Of a stretch of DNA of 64,000 bases, positions 37,401 through 61,260 are shown piece after piece. The position numbers and the translations under genes were made by a program. How positions within the stretch are numbered: position 1 is the first letter of the stretch; the number at the start of each line of letters is the position of its first letter. Source of the DNA: Phallusia mammillata (taxonomy: Eukaryota); NCBI GenBank assembly GCA_965637545.1, contig OZ281495.1, forward strand, positions 23,498,001 through 23,562,000, read 5' to 3'. The notes under the pieces were generated by a model. That model was given only the letters and a program-made list of their open reading frames with translations. It did not search any database and had not been told where the DNA came from.

Positions 37401-39675
37401 CTCAGTTTTTGAATCTTACTTTTGTAAATAACAAATCTAGCAATCAAAAGCAAGCAGTTAATTAAGTTCAAAAAACCTTTTTCAAAGCATTCATTGTGGA
37501 TTCCAAAGATTTTTATACAATTGTTAAGGTCGATTCGATTACACATGGCACTGTCAATCCAGGCACTTACGTGTCCCAGTTTTCCTGGACATGAATACAT
37601 TCACAAAATAAATGATACATGGTTTCTCTGCACACACCACAAAATGTGCACACATCAGCCTCCGCAATCCCAAATCCATAAAGCCTATCGTTTAGAACAG
37701 GGGTGGCCAACCTTCTACATACCATTCGCCAACTTTTTAACATACTGTGTTGGATGCGCCATAAATGTCTCGTAACCCCACCTTCTGTGACTACTTCTTG
37801 TACATAGAGAGAAAGAGAAAGAAACAACTTTCGCATGAGAAGGATAGTAATAAGAAATAAGAACTATTAAGTAAAAAATAACTCTGATAAACTATATATA
37901 TATATATAATTAATAGGGCTGGCTTACTTTATTTATTTATTAGTTTATTAATTTGATTTTCATGATTATCAAAAGAAGGCAATGCGCCCTTTCTAATCAT
38001 GCAATGCGCCACGTTTGGCGCATGCGCCATAGGTTGGCCACCACTGGTTTAGAACAATGGCTCTTAGGTTGAATTTAATTTGGAAGGAGCGCAGTCTAGT
38101 TTCCATTGTACATTCGTGCAAGTTTTTGTAGATATTTGACCAGTTTGAGGGCGCCCCTTGTAGAATTAGTTCCCATTTTTGTTGCTGCTTGATCGGTTGC
38201 TGTTTATTACACGAAGCAAAGAACTCGTACGCATTTTTGGCTGTGGATAATTTGTCTTGTATTCCTGTCCATATATTGTCCAGGACTGTTTCTCTGTCTG
38301 GTTTGTCAGGTGTGTATGATTCCCAAGTTGTTGGAATTGCCGCAATAAGGCACTGGTAATTTGCATGGTTTTGATTGTTGTTTATCAGTTTGTAATTTTC
38401 GCAAACGCTTTCGAAGCTGCGATAATCTAAGTTGTTGTCTATAATTTGTTGGTACTTTAGTATACCAGCGTTTATAAAACTTTCGAAGGCGATGGGTTTT
38501 CGTTTGAATATTACTTTGTTCTTTAACCAGATACCGTAGTTATAAACTGTGTTCTGCTGCCAAAATTGGGTTACACATTCTTTCCATAGGTCAATCGATG
38601 ACCAGAATGTCGAGAGGGGAGTTAGTTTAGTGACCTCTTTGTGCGAGAGTTTTAAATTGGTGGCTGCAATGCAGATCATGGCGTTTAGTGAAGTAATACT
38701 AGTTTCAATTGTTTTCCAATAAGAATCATAGTCAGCATCAAATAGTTTCCGTATCCAGGAGAAACGAAGTGATTTTGCATAGGCTTCTAGGTCTATCATT
38801 TCCACGCCACCGTCCTCTATTCTACAATACAATATTTTCCTGCCGACTCTCTCCCAGTTGGAGCCCCAAAGAAAAGTAAAAAGTTTTCGTTTAATTTCTT
38901 TCAGAAATTTTTGCAGTATACTAATGGGCAAAACGCTCAGTTTGTACAGCAGTTTGGGTATCGCAAGGGTTTTGATAATGATCACTCGTCCAATAACGAG
39001 AGTGATCTTGCCAGCCATGGTTTTGTTACAGCTTCAATTTCCTTTCCTATAGATTCAAAGTTGAGTGAAAACAGATTGGTTTTGTTTCTAATCACTGGAA
39101 TTTTTACGCCTAGATATTTTATGAACGTATTTGGCCATGAAAGACCTTCCGAAGAGAGGTGGTGATTGGCGTTAGGTTGTCTTTCGCCTATATACATGGC
39201 GCATGATTTCGCAAGATTAACCTGTCAGCATTTTTGTCACACAAACTGCATTTAAATTATTTAAGCGCGCCACCCACCGGAAATTAGCCAACTTGTCTAG
39301 AGTGGGTTCTTGTGTTATTAGCTTTACCGTGCATACAGCATTTCAATATATTACCACACAAACAAAAATATACTAACATTGTCATTAAAGTACTTACCTG
39401 GGGAAAAATGTCAAAACTTTTGGGAAGATTTAACTGCGTCGACAATAGTTAAAACCTTTGACTTCACTATTCAAGCAGATTCCGCCCAACCAACACCAAG
39501 GCAAAGTGCAAGGCAAACACCACCACACGACAAAACACCTTCACCAAGCGAACGGACCCCACCAAGTGGCAAAGATGAAAGTGGAAAAGGTTCCGCTAGG
39601 AGTCGTAAGAAAGGAGCTTTCGGTTCAACTTCCGGTGCTGGAACCGCGTACGACATGGAGGGACGAAGAAATTGA
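28464..39675 (+). CDS. CCDC154: CCDC154-like coiled-coil protein (multi-exon)
   Basis: In-phase exons run from 28464-28696, 28877-28964, 29162-29380, 29436-29609 through to 39476-39675 (TGA), encoding a long coiled coil. The segment LTVRLNSETKMRLEETSSIK...KPTSVLNEWGIYQCAR|WYDIKMRWLRL resembles, from recall, the CCDC154 C-terminal motif LRFNTEARLR...MNCWGVYQAVRWLRWK. An acidic, S/P-rich tail follows. Confidence 0.75.
32833..34090. mobile_element. DINE-1/Helentron-like non-autonomous element (HINE-like), second subfamily, in a CCDC154 intron
   Basis: Same terminal hairpin TATGGGTCCCCTTCCCTGAAGGGGACACATA (32834-32864), T-rich microsatellite and five ~158-bp core repeats. Same distal motifs GTGTGGGGACCCATGCGTTTTTGCTTGCAGAAACAA and GGGACCCAAT (34081-34090) as the element at 865-2505. 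Confidence 0.75.
32925..33700. repeat. Tandem repeat, 5 x ~158 bp
   Basis: AAGTTTGTC(C/T)GACT starts at 32928, 33087, 33245, 33404 and 33560, giving periods of 156-159. Confidence 0.95.
37084..37191 (-). mobile_element. tRNA-derived SINE-like segment
   Basis: The minus strand reads GGCAGGAACT-TGGCGGAATGG (A box)-TCCAGCGCGCCTGAC...A-rich insert...CCTG-GGTTCGAACCC (B box)-CGTG-AAAAAAA. It is bounded on both sides by GTCAGCATTTTT. No complete cloverleaf is evident. Confidence 0.55.
37207..39220 (-). mobile_element. 5'-truncated non-LTR retrotransposon (L1/Tx1-type ORF2 C-terminal part), antisense in a CCDC154 intron
   Basis: Motifs IKYLGV (end of RT), W.ARSLSL/IGRVIIIKTLAIPKLLY, LYCRIEDGGVEMID...SWIRKL, and zinc knuckle C..C...ETMYHLFCEC. 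The 3' end has AATAAA and an A-tail. A perfect 15-bp TSD CCTGTCAGCATTTTT lies at 37192-37206 and 39221-39235. There are two apparent 1-nt frameshifts (~38990, ~37575) and a MITE insertion. Confidence 0.9.
37698..38046. mobile_element. hAT-type MITE nested in the LINE
   Basis: TIRs CAGGGGTGGCCAACCT ... AGGTTGGCCACCACTG, with a perfect 8-bp TSD GTTTAGAA (37690-37697 and 38047-38054). Removing it restores the LINE frame ...RAIVLN|DRLYGFG... Confidence 0.9.
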
Positions 39676-40670
39676 AATGAATGTGATTGACGTTTTATGA
39701 TAACCACTTGATGCCTCCATTTTATAGCAGCGGGATATAATTTTTACAACGGTCAGGTTTAGATATCGCACACTTCACAGTCAGTATTTATGTGTCTAAA
39801 TGTTATGTGTGATCGCAATTTTTTGTGTGTTTATCAATTTTGTACGAAGATAAAGTATTTTTGACAGCATGATGTGGTATGAGACAGAATGCTTGATTGA
39901 AGAGTAACGAGTTGGTTGTTCAACCACATTTGAAGTTGCCCTGGAGCGATGGTTTTGATGGTGGGCCCACAAGAAAAATGTAGAAATAAGGCACAGTTTT
40001 TCCGTACTGTTTGGAGCTAAGCTTCTTCGTGAATAATAGTGTCACCTTTTTAGGTACATCATAACGAAACGAATTTTACTTTTTTTACAAAACATACACA
40101 TTTATTTATGAATTAAATCTAGACGCGGGATAAATTGCCATGGTAAGGTAAAATACAGCACACAAATAGGTCATATATAGCACCACCGTAGGGCCAAATC
40201 GTAACTCTTGCAAAAACGTATGTTGTTCCAGGTGTCATAGCAAATACTCCTTGACCACAGTTTAACAGAAAACATTTGCCAGTTATCCGAAGTCAAAATA
40301 GCGCCCATTAGACCGTTTGTACATTTTGGCACTGCGCTGGCTCTCCAAACGTTAAGGGGCGTCATGGAGTGTCCTTGTCAAGAACTATGGCCTGATCGCA
40401 CTCGGAGCTGAAAGCTGCGACTCAGCTTACTCCGGTGTTCAATTGGTCGTTGTCGATGAAAAACGTCGTGGTTACTGTTATTTAGGACGTTTACGCCTCT
40501 CCGAAACACGAGTGTTTTGTATGTTGTTATGAGTACAAGACTAGTTGGTTGTTATCGTATGAAAGTCAATTTGAAGTTTAAACAACGCAAGTAATATGAT
40601 TCATTTGTTGTTCTTTCTCAGATGTAACCTTTTATCACGGGTGACACTTTGACTTGAGTTTTGTGCAGAA

Positions 40671-43600
40671 ATGTTTACTGCAAAAATAGTGTCTGTAATT
40701 GTTCTTTCTGTTATCACCGTCCACTGCACCATTGCGTGTCCAAATGGTTGTGAATGTACTGAGGAAGGTACTAGCCTAAAATGCAGAATTCCGTGGGCAA
40801 GACATATACCGGTAAAATACTTTCCAGCGAAAACAAAGAAGCTTGATCTTTCAGGTAAGAAACAAAGAATAAAATTGTAGAATTCGCTCTGTGCAAGCTT
40901 GTTTTGTTGTCGAGGTAGCCTACTTGATTAAACATCTCCATGTAACACAGATAACAACATCCTCAACATACAGCCAGAGTCGTTATTAGGTCTTCCCAAC
41001 TTGGAGGAGTTAATTTTGAACGGGAACAAAATATATTTTCTTGAAAATGAGTCGTTCAAGGTTAGTATACAAAATTTAAAATAAAGTCTTTATATAACCG
41101 CCGAGATTACAACAGAATCTTCAAATCACATTTAAGGATGTTATGGTTTAAACCAGGGTTCGGCAACCTTTTTTGCACTGCGGACCGGTTTTGAAAGTAA
41201 AAATTTATCGCGGACCGGTGTTTAAAAAACTACAGATATTTAGCAATGAAAACGCCTAAATTACTTTATCCTCCCCGGGATACATAGGCAAAATCTTTCA
41301 TGGCATTTAACCTGAAAAAATTATACGGCCCGGTAACGAACTCCTCGCGGACCGGTACCGGGCCACGGACGGGCGGTTGCCGACCACTGGTTTAAACAAC
41401 CTGCAATACAGGGCAGTCAAAACCTTCGAAAAGTTTCCCTGGAAGACAACAATATTCATTTCATTGAAGAGGGCGTATTTGAAGATGTAGAACAGCTAAA
41501 AGAACTTGAACTGACTAAGAACGAGATTTCAAAGTTTCCGAATCTTTCCATGAATAAAAAACTCAAGACACTATGCTTGGCTTCAAATCAATTGAGCACT
41601 ATTGAAAGTGGAGGTCTAAGTGGTAAGTGGAGACAACAATGGTTTAATATTGTATTAAAGATACTGGTTAAGTATTACGCATTCTGGTCAGCGTTTTGTT
41701 GATGTTATACAAATCATGTACCTTGAAGGGTGGAAAATTTAACACAAAAATATAGCGTGAACTTTTGACAGTCAAGACTTAAAATGTTTTGATAGTTTGG
41801 AACTTTGTTTTTCCAGAAAATGTTCTACTTGCAAAGCTTAATTTAAAGCGTAACAAGATACGTGAATTGGATCGAGACGTTTTCCCGGTCAATGTGAGTT
41901 CGTACACAAACCTTAACCTAGTTGGAAATTCATTTAAGTTTACTCCTTCAGTGATCAAGGAAATGGTAAATCTGGAAAGCCTTAGTCTGTGTTTCAACCC
42001 AATAAAGGTAAGATCGTATGCGTAAAACCTTGACTACATACAAACCTGTACAAATTTCAACCCGAGTCATTTCTAAAGGTGTTTGCTGCTGAAGATTTTG
42101 CTAATTTGGTGAATTTAAAGAACCTGTCTATGACTGACGTCGGTCTTGAAGAGTTTCCAGCAAATGTTTTCACTTTAGAGAAGCTTGAACGCTGGTGGAT
42201 CGGTCACAACAAAGTTACTGGAGCAAGTTTGGCAAACATGCGATATCCGAATTTAGTCGAACTCGACTTAAATAATAATGACATTGGAAGTCTACCCAGA
42301 GGTGTCGTATAACGTTACATTCATTTTATATCCAACACTTTGGGCCATTGATATAGATTCTATGGCATTGCTGTAAAAATACAGTCAAACCATTGGAGCA
42401 TTTTTTTTTCAACAATACGCATGTATTCTAATATGTTGTACATGTTACCGCGAATAGTTGTAATTATACTAGATGACAGTGTTTTTCGCTGTGTTTGTTG
42501 AAATGTTGTGTTAAAAATAGTTCTAAAATAAATCTGTTTATCACAGAGTCTTTTAATGGAATACCAAACCTGATTAAGTTAGTTTTAAGTCACTCCAAGA
42601 TAGAGCGAAACGAGGAAGGAGCTTTTTCGCCACTGACCAAACTGAAAAGCCTTAATCTGTGCGACAACATGTAAGTATACTGCCCTGACCTTGTTTCAGT
42701 GCACAATTTTTCACTACAAAAATCTGTTTTCTAGGTTGGAGTACATGCCTGGCCTCACACAAAATGCAGCTTTGGAAAAGCTTTATCTTGACAGAAACTT
42801 AATTGGTGGAGATTTGGATTTGGTTATTCCCAGGTAAAACACAAATATATGTGCTTAATTGTTTGTGAATTCTTGACAAATATTTCCATACCACAGTACA
42901 TTGACAAACCTGAAAGAGCTGCGACTTTCAGACAATGAACTGCGCACATTCAAACCAAAACAACCCATGCTATCAGTGGAATTGTTAGATTTGTCCCACA
43001 ATCTAATCACGGAGCTTTCTGAAGATCTGAAAACAAACATGAACGGTCTTAAAATATTAAACATATCAAACAATGCCTTCGTTGACCTTGAAAGTGAAGA
43101 CTTTTCAGGTATTGATGGTCAACGTTGAATTGCATTGTTTATTAAAAAATATCTTTTTGTAATGTATTAAGCTTCATTTCCGTTGCTGGAGACCCTAAAT
43201 TTGCGTGGAAACAACTTAACTTCAATTCCACAGTTTTCCAACTCCACCAAAATAAGAGAATTGCATCTCTGCCACAATCTGCTGCGAAACATTTCTGCTG
43301 ATGCGTTGGCAGGGTAATTACCTTTACCATAGAAATCGTATTTTTAATTTACAATATTTATGTTTAAAAAATATTTTTCAGTTTGCCAAGCCTTGAGGTC
43401 CTAACAGCAAACGGAAATCAAATAAAGGAAGTTCAAGCGGATGCCTTCCAACAAAACATCCACTTAAAACGCATATTACTAAACAAAAACAAGATAAGAA
43501 TAATTTCAACAGATGCTTTCGCAAACCTGCCAGAACTCAAGGAATTGTGGTTGTTGTTCAATAGTTTAAATGTAAGCAATATTATTAAAATATCATAGTA

Positions 43601-45750
43601 AACCGCTTACATGAACCAAAATAAATAGGCATGTCTATTAGCCACCTGGCTACACCAATGACAGGGAACTTTATGGGTTTTTCTTGTCACAGACCCCTCC
43701 AAACATAAAAGAAAACCACGAATTGGAAGTAATCGGACTTTGCAACAACCCGATTGGTAATTTACCAAAACATGCCTTTGCCGGACCAAAAGGACTTGAA
43801 GTGGTTTTGCTGCGCAGTTTGGGTATAACCGAATTACCAGCTGACGTATTTGGTTCGACGCATCGATTAAGAGTACTTAACCTTGCTTTGGAAAATTCCC
43901 TAACAAGCATCCCTGCAGTTGTAAGCAAAGCGAATAATTCATTTGGTTCAATTATTGTTTTAACCGTGGTACTGACATACTAGATTCGAAACATGCCTCA
44001 ACTGCGTGTCTTGAAACTAAACGGAAACCCGATATGCAACGCTTTTTCCACGGACTTTAATGGATTGAAAAATCTGCGTGAAATTCGACTCAACGACATG
44101 AAGCTGGAAAAGTTTGATGTCACTGCATTGTTTCCTCGGCTTCCTGCGCTTCGGTACAAAGCTATTGGTTACTTAGTGACAATGTTGAGCAATTAAACAT
44201 ACCAAGAAACATTTATTCCTTATTTGATGTTGTTCCAGCACTCTGTATCTTGCTGGAAACCCTTGGCTGTGTGACTGCGAAATGCAGTGGTACAGTTTAG
44301 GCATAGATGGCGCCAGAGCGCGTATCGAAACTAAAGACCGCGAGGCAATTGTTTGTGCAAATCCAAAACGGTTGGAGGGAAAGCGGTTCGACTTTCTGCG
44401 ACTTGGGGATTTTCGGTAGATCAAGTATTTTATTCTTTTTTGTGACAACTTATGCGTACTATAACACTTCTATTCACTTGAATTGTGAACATAATGTATT
44501 CAACTATATTTAGACACTGTTTATCAGCAAAAGTAAGCGAAGTGGAATCGACCAGTGCGATCATATCCCTGCCCGTTATTGCTTCCTACGCTGTAGATTA
44601 CAAAGAAACTTTCCATTCTATCAGTTACGTTCCCAGCAGCGGCGGTTCAGTGAAAGTCTTACAAATTGGAAAACATGCACAGTATGTTTTTGTCCAAATG
44701 TTGTTGCAATAGCAATGTGTGTGTTCCTGTTTGTTGAGCAAATTATAGTATTTTTTTGTGTTTAGTGAAGCACATCTACACGGCCTTTCACCAGACACTG
44801 AATATTTTGTTTGCACTTCCATCATGACTGTAGAAATCGGTCACAACAACAGCGAGGTGCATTCGGGGCGGGAAAGTTGTTTCAAGGTATACGATAATGT
44901 CAGCTTCTTTATTACGCTGATCTTAGTGTGAAATTAACCTTTTTCGTTTGAATATTGTTGAATAATCTCAAATTTTAGTTTGAAACAATTACACAAACAA
45001 AAACACCAGAAGAAAAAAGTAAAGGCGATGTTGGTTTGTTTGGTGCAACTATTCATCAAGATCTTCTTATACTTTACATCGTTCTTGGGGCGGCAGTCGG
45101 CTTTGTGATGTTTAGCACTCTCGTCGCTTTGGTCGTCTGGTGTCGCCGGTAAGCTATATGACTAAAACCATACATTTCGAATGTTTAAAGCAATTCTGTA
45201 CCTCGTCCGCGTCGAATATTTTATGAAATAGTAAAATAAATGCTGATCTAAGAAGACGCTTAGCTAATGTTTTTTGACGAAACAAATTTTTATTGAGTTG
45301 CTAGCCAATTTTTAGAACTCTCTGTAGTGCTGACTCTTTTCACGATAAAGATGACTGTATAAATTTTCCTTGCAAACTGCTCACAATGACTGCACATAAG
45401 AGTGATTTTTACGTTTTACTGTTTACCCGGAACTTTTTTACCCAAGCCGATAAAAAGCCATTCATTTTTCAACCATTACAACATACAGTTCGAGAACGGA
45501 GCTACGCGAGCATTTTGCAAATCTCAGCGAAATAAGTGATGGACCACATGAGCGGTCAAACGGAGAATTTGGAGCCCAATCAACACCTAAAAAGCCAGAT
45601 AACGTCGACTTTGACTCTAGTCTTGTTGGGGCTTCAAGCGATGCGAATGGAAGACCAATGATGATGCAGCGACGGTCCAACGCTGGTCACGTGAATGAAG
45701 CTTGTGATGTCATGACTGAAGTACCAAAAACTGCCCGTACAAAATTATAA
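40671..45750 (+). CDS. Type I membrane protein: signal peptide, LRRNT, ~20+ LRRs, LRRCT, FN3-like domain, TM, short cytoplasmic tail
   Basis: MFTAKIVSVIVLSVITVHCTIA-CPNGCEC (signal + LRRNT). Many LxxLxLxxN repeats, e.g. LKELRLSDNEL, LEVLTANGNQI, LRVLKLNGNPI. LRRCT LYLAGNPWLCDC...IVCANPKRLEGKRFD (from ~44239). FN3-like LHGLSPDTEYFVC. TM LLILYIVLGAAVGFVMFSTLVALVVWCRR (~45063-45148). The last exon ~45490-45750 ends ...KTARTKL*; this last-exon assignment is less certain. Confidence 0.85.
41154..41389. mobile_element. hAT-type MITE in intron 2 of the LRR gene
   Basis: TIRs CAGGGTTCGGCAACC ... GGTTGCCGACCACTG, with a perfect 8-bp TSD GTTTAAAC (41146-41153 and 41390-41397). Confidence 0.9.
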
Positions 45751-46595
45751 GAATCTCGGTTTTTGTTTCATGCGAAATATTTCTCATTTCTAAAGTTTGA
45801 CCGTTTACAAACGTCATGTGATTGCCAGCACAGTTAGGCTACAGCTGCAACATGTCACTGCCGAAGCAAATGTGTGTAGTTTTAAAGTGTAGATGTACTC
45901 TGCACTGTATATATATATATATGAACTGTATGATACTTTTTACATTATGTTGTAATATGTGTAGCGCCGTTTAGACTGCTGTATCATACACTATTCGGCT
46001 TTTTGTTTTCATTTTCTGCCTTTCTTGTAGTTTATATTAAAGTGTAAACTAAAAACAACTGCCGTCGAAGGCTGTCTTTGTTCGTAAAAGCATGTGATTT
46101 AGCAAATTAACTTTATTGCCAACTGTACAAAACACACAACAACGATCAACTAACAGCACACGTTATACCTACACGATAATTCGCATCTTAGTACGTTGGT
46201 GAGGACAGCAGAGGCAACACAAAAATCGTAAATAAATAGGAAGTCACTGAGTCGGGCGTCGGCGGTTTCAAAGTGTTAGAAATTTTTTTCTCCGACACAA
46301 AAACAAATACGACATCGGTTGTGAACGACGCGGTATAACACGGGTTTGGCAGGAAGGCGCAAAAACAACTAAATGATATCTTGGAATTCAGCAGCAAACG
46401 ATTCGGCAGTTTGGCGCAACAGGTGAAATAGGGCAAGACAATAATACGACAAAAAAACCCATAGTCATTTGATAAGAATTGTCAGTTTGTCAAATCATCA
46501 TCCCAGTCACGGCTCTCGATGGATCGAAAACCCTCCTTGTTAAGTCGTTTGGCGGCAAACGGATTCATTGATTTAGGCCACGAGCTCGCGCCATA

Positions 46596-58280
<11,685 letters not shown>

Positions 58281-60462
58281 TTTTCAAAATACCAATAACT
58301 TTTCAATTTCTAAATGCAACTTTTCCAGAAAAATAACAGGTGTAAATAAAGTGTAACTCAGAAAGCTTTGTTTTTAACAACTGCAAATATTTATCTGAAA
58401 AAGCATCATGAATTTGTAAGTTGTTGTCAAACAAATGTCATATTTAAAACAAATATGACGTTAAAACAAATTTAAAAATGACATTTTATTAAAAAGCTTC
58501 ATGCACAAAGAACTATGAAACAATCAACACAAAGTAGTAGAGGTTAATTTATTTAAACAGTCAAAACCTCGAATAACAGGATTTTGACACTTATTGTGTA
58601 AATGTTTGGTAAAAAATAAAACAATAAAAGTAAACGTTAATGCCAGAATTGATTCAATATTGAGTAAAATCGGTGACATCTATGTGTTTCTTCACTTAAG
58701 TTAAAGTTAAATGTAAGTGCGACCAGTCGATATATTCCTGTCAGTCGCTGACGCAGGTCGTAAACCCGTCGCGTGTAAAATGGCGGACATGCCCAAAATC
58801 AGCATGCGGTTAATGTGGTCAACACGAAACGGAAAACGCTAACTTGCCTGAGCAATAAACTTTAAGTTGCAGAAGGCAAATACGAACAACGCAATTTTAT
58901 ATCTCACAATACACGCAAGGGGAATAACAAACAAATCGGATTTTTTATGATTTTCTCAAGTGCTGTTAACTATTGTTTCAGGAGTATAACTCGCAGGCGA
59001 AGAAATAAATACTTGACCAATGTTGTTGACACTGAAAAGGCTTAAAGGCTGCTACAAACACCTCCATTACCTACCCTCAAAATGGGCTAAGCACCGAGAA
59101 ATTGCGGCCTGCCCAGCCAAACCGTTTATCGGTCACGGCCGCTTAGCGATAACACCGTCAATATCAAGTTACCACATAAACTTTATAAGTAGAAAAAAAA
59201 ACACGAAAAAGTGTAAAAAAGACTTTCTGTACTAAAGACTAGCCAGGGCACGTTAGGGGCTGTGTTGTGGATTGTATCATCAGGTAAGCAAACAGTGCAG
59301 CCTATTCGCCAGGTTGCAAACGGTGAGCATTTAGCATATCGAAGTACAGCTTAGATATTTGTTCTCAAGACTTCACGATGTTCTCAGGCGGAATATCAAC
59401 GTTTGCAAATATAGCCTACTAACTACGAACAACTCGTATCGATTTCGTAAAGTAGAAATGCCATAAGAAACTTCAAAAACACTGCAGGCTCAGTTAAAAG
59501 ATTAGCTGCGTAGAATTACTAACTGACCGTCGGCTATTCCAACGCAATATGTTTCTGTCCTGAACTCAGTGTTGTTCAAACTGAATAACTTTCTAAGCTA
59601 GGAGAATGTCCTTAGCGCTGTGGCGACAAACATAAGACTGCGCTGACCTTTCGTGCAAAGACAAGCAACTACTACGGACAGTGATTTCGCATTAACTGCG
59701 ATGTTTAGATGAATATCTAGCGGAGTGACCAACCCCAGGAAAAAAGGCCTCGCCCTCGCCGAAGCCTCGCTGCATGAACAGGGCGAAAACGAGCCGGGTG
59801 CCGCGCGGTTACGGCAGATATTTTTTCCTCGTCGCGCCTCTCTCTCGCCTTTGCTACTGATTATTTCAGTGCGGGTTTAATTGTCGGCTCAATAGTTTCG
59901 TCTGGATAACAGTTCGCTCTGGATTGCAGACTTCTTTTACCAACAACAGTGCCCCATTTTTTTCTGTTTTTGCAAATGTAGCACACATTAACTTCGAAAC
60001 TTTTTTGTTTTTAAATCATCTTGTAACAGAGTGAGGCTATATCACTTATTTGTACGCATTCACTTCAACACATGGTAATTTTAGGCCCAAACCCCAAAAG
60101 CACGTTTTTCGAAGTTTGCATCTTACCCATATATTTAAATTTGCTACATAAGTTTAAGGTGTAATGATTTACAAGTAAAGTGCCAAAATAATCAAATAAT
60201 AAACATAACGTTAATGTGAAAAAATACTCACATAGGCTCAAATAGGTTATCCGTTATTCTCAGGGCATCTCGACATGCAAGGGCGGCTTTACGGTCATAC
60301 CTGTCCCGCCTTAGTAATTCTAAACCCGCGTCAATACCAACCGATGACCAAGTCACAAAATGGAGGCCCCTGTACTGTCCGAAAAATTATGTAATTACCG
60401 ATTATCACGGCACTTTACGGGCGTCGAATAATGAATTGGCATTTTGGGACTATGTGTGACCG

Positions 60463-60472
60463 TAATTGATTA
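60463..60472. promoter_or_regulatory. Paired-class homeodomain dimer site TAATTGATTA (P2 type) upstream of the Pax3/7 ATG
   Basis: An exact TAAT-TG-ATTA match lies 2.2 kb upstream of the Pax3/7 start codon. Confidence 0.4.
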
Positions 60473-61068
60473 GGAATTAGAAAGTTTTTGATCACGTGCG
60501 AATTTTGTAACACTCCTTTTGACCGGAATCGAAAAATCGATTCGGAAAACGTATAGGTAACGGGTTCGTATCGTGGGAACGATGTGGTATTGTTGGGTAA
60601 CCAATAACCACACGATACATAAACGGTAACGATAATATGTTTTCTTTACATCAACGCTACATTGATTACAAGAGTGTTAAAAAATATACATATATTTATA
60701 TTTGTTTTTTTTATCTAAAAATCACTTGTGGCGAATATAATATTGAAAAATCTATGTTTCAAATCATAACATCAACTTTAAATAAAAGTTTTGCAACATA
60801 ATTTTTGGATAAATCCTTGACAAGAGCAACATGGCAATAAAACAACAACCTCGCGGCAGCTGACAAATTACAATTCATTTGCCGCTGTGATAATAATACG
60901 AAGAAGAGCCTAAACCACAACTAGAGTGGTTCTGTGTATGAAGTTTACACAAGCACCACCACAAAACCGTTACTGCATACCACTATGGGACAACCAACGA
61001 AGAAATACGGTTGAAACCGATTTGTCATGCGATATGGCTCAAGACATTCACCTTGATAAAACGCTTAC

Positions 61069-61260
61069 CTTTGCCCACTGGATCTTAAGACACTGCCAGT
61101 AGATGCAGCCGGTATTCCGAGCTTATCAAAACGATTTTGTCCTGGTTAGGTGAAAAGGTGTAGCGATGTATATCGGGGTGCTTAATTTTGTATAAAAGTT
61201 CAATAGAATGTTTTATCAAATAGAGATTTTCTCTTGCTAAACGGCATGACGATGCGCGTG
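61069..61260 (-). other. Candidate non-coding 5' exon of Pax3/7
   Basis: A strong donor CAAAG|GTAAGC lies at 61069/61068 on the minus strand, and all three frames upstream of it contain stops. A usable acceptor lies just upstream of the ATG (~58308). The upper boundary is unknown. Confidence 0.25.

Noticed and set aside
60568-60618. Imperfect hairpin considered as a pre-miRNA
   Set aside because: The stem is short, with a large asymmetric bulge; it lacks the ~22-bp duplex of a miRNA precursor.
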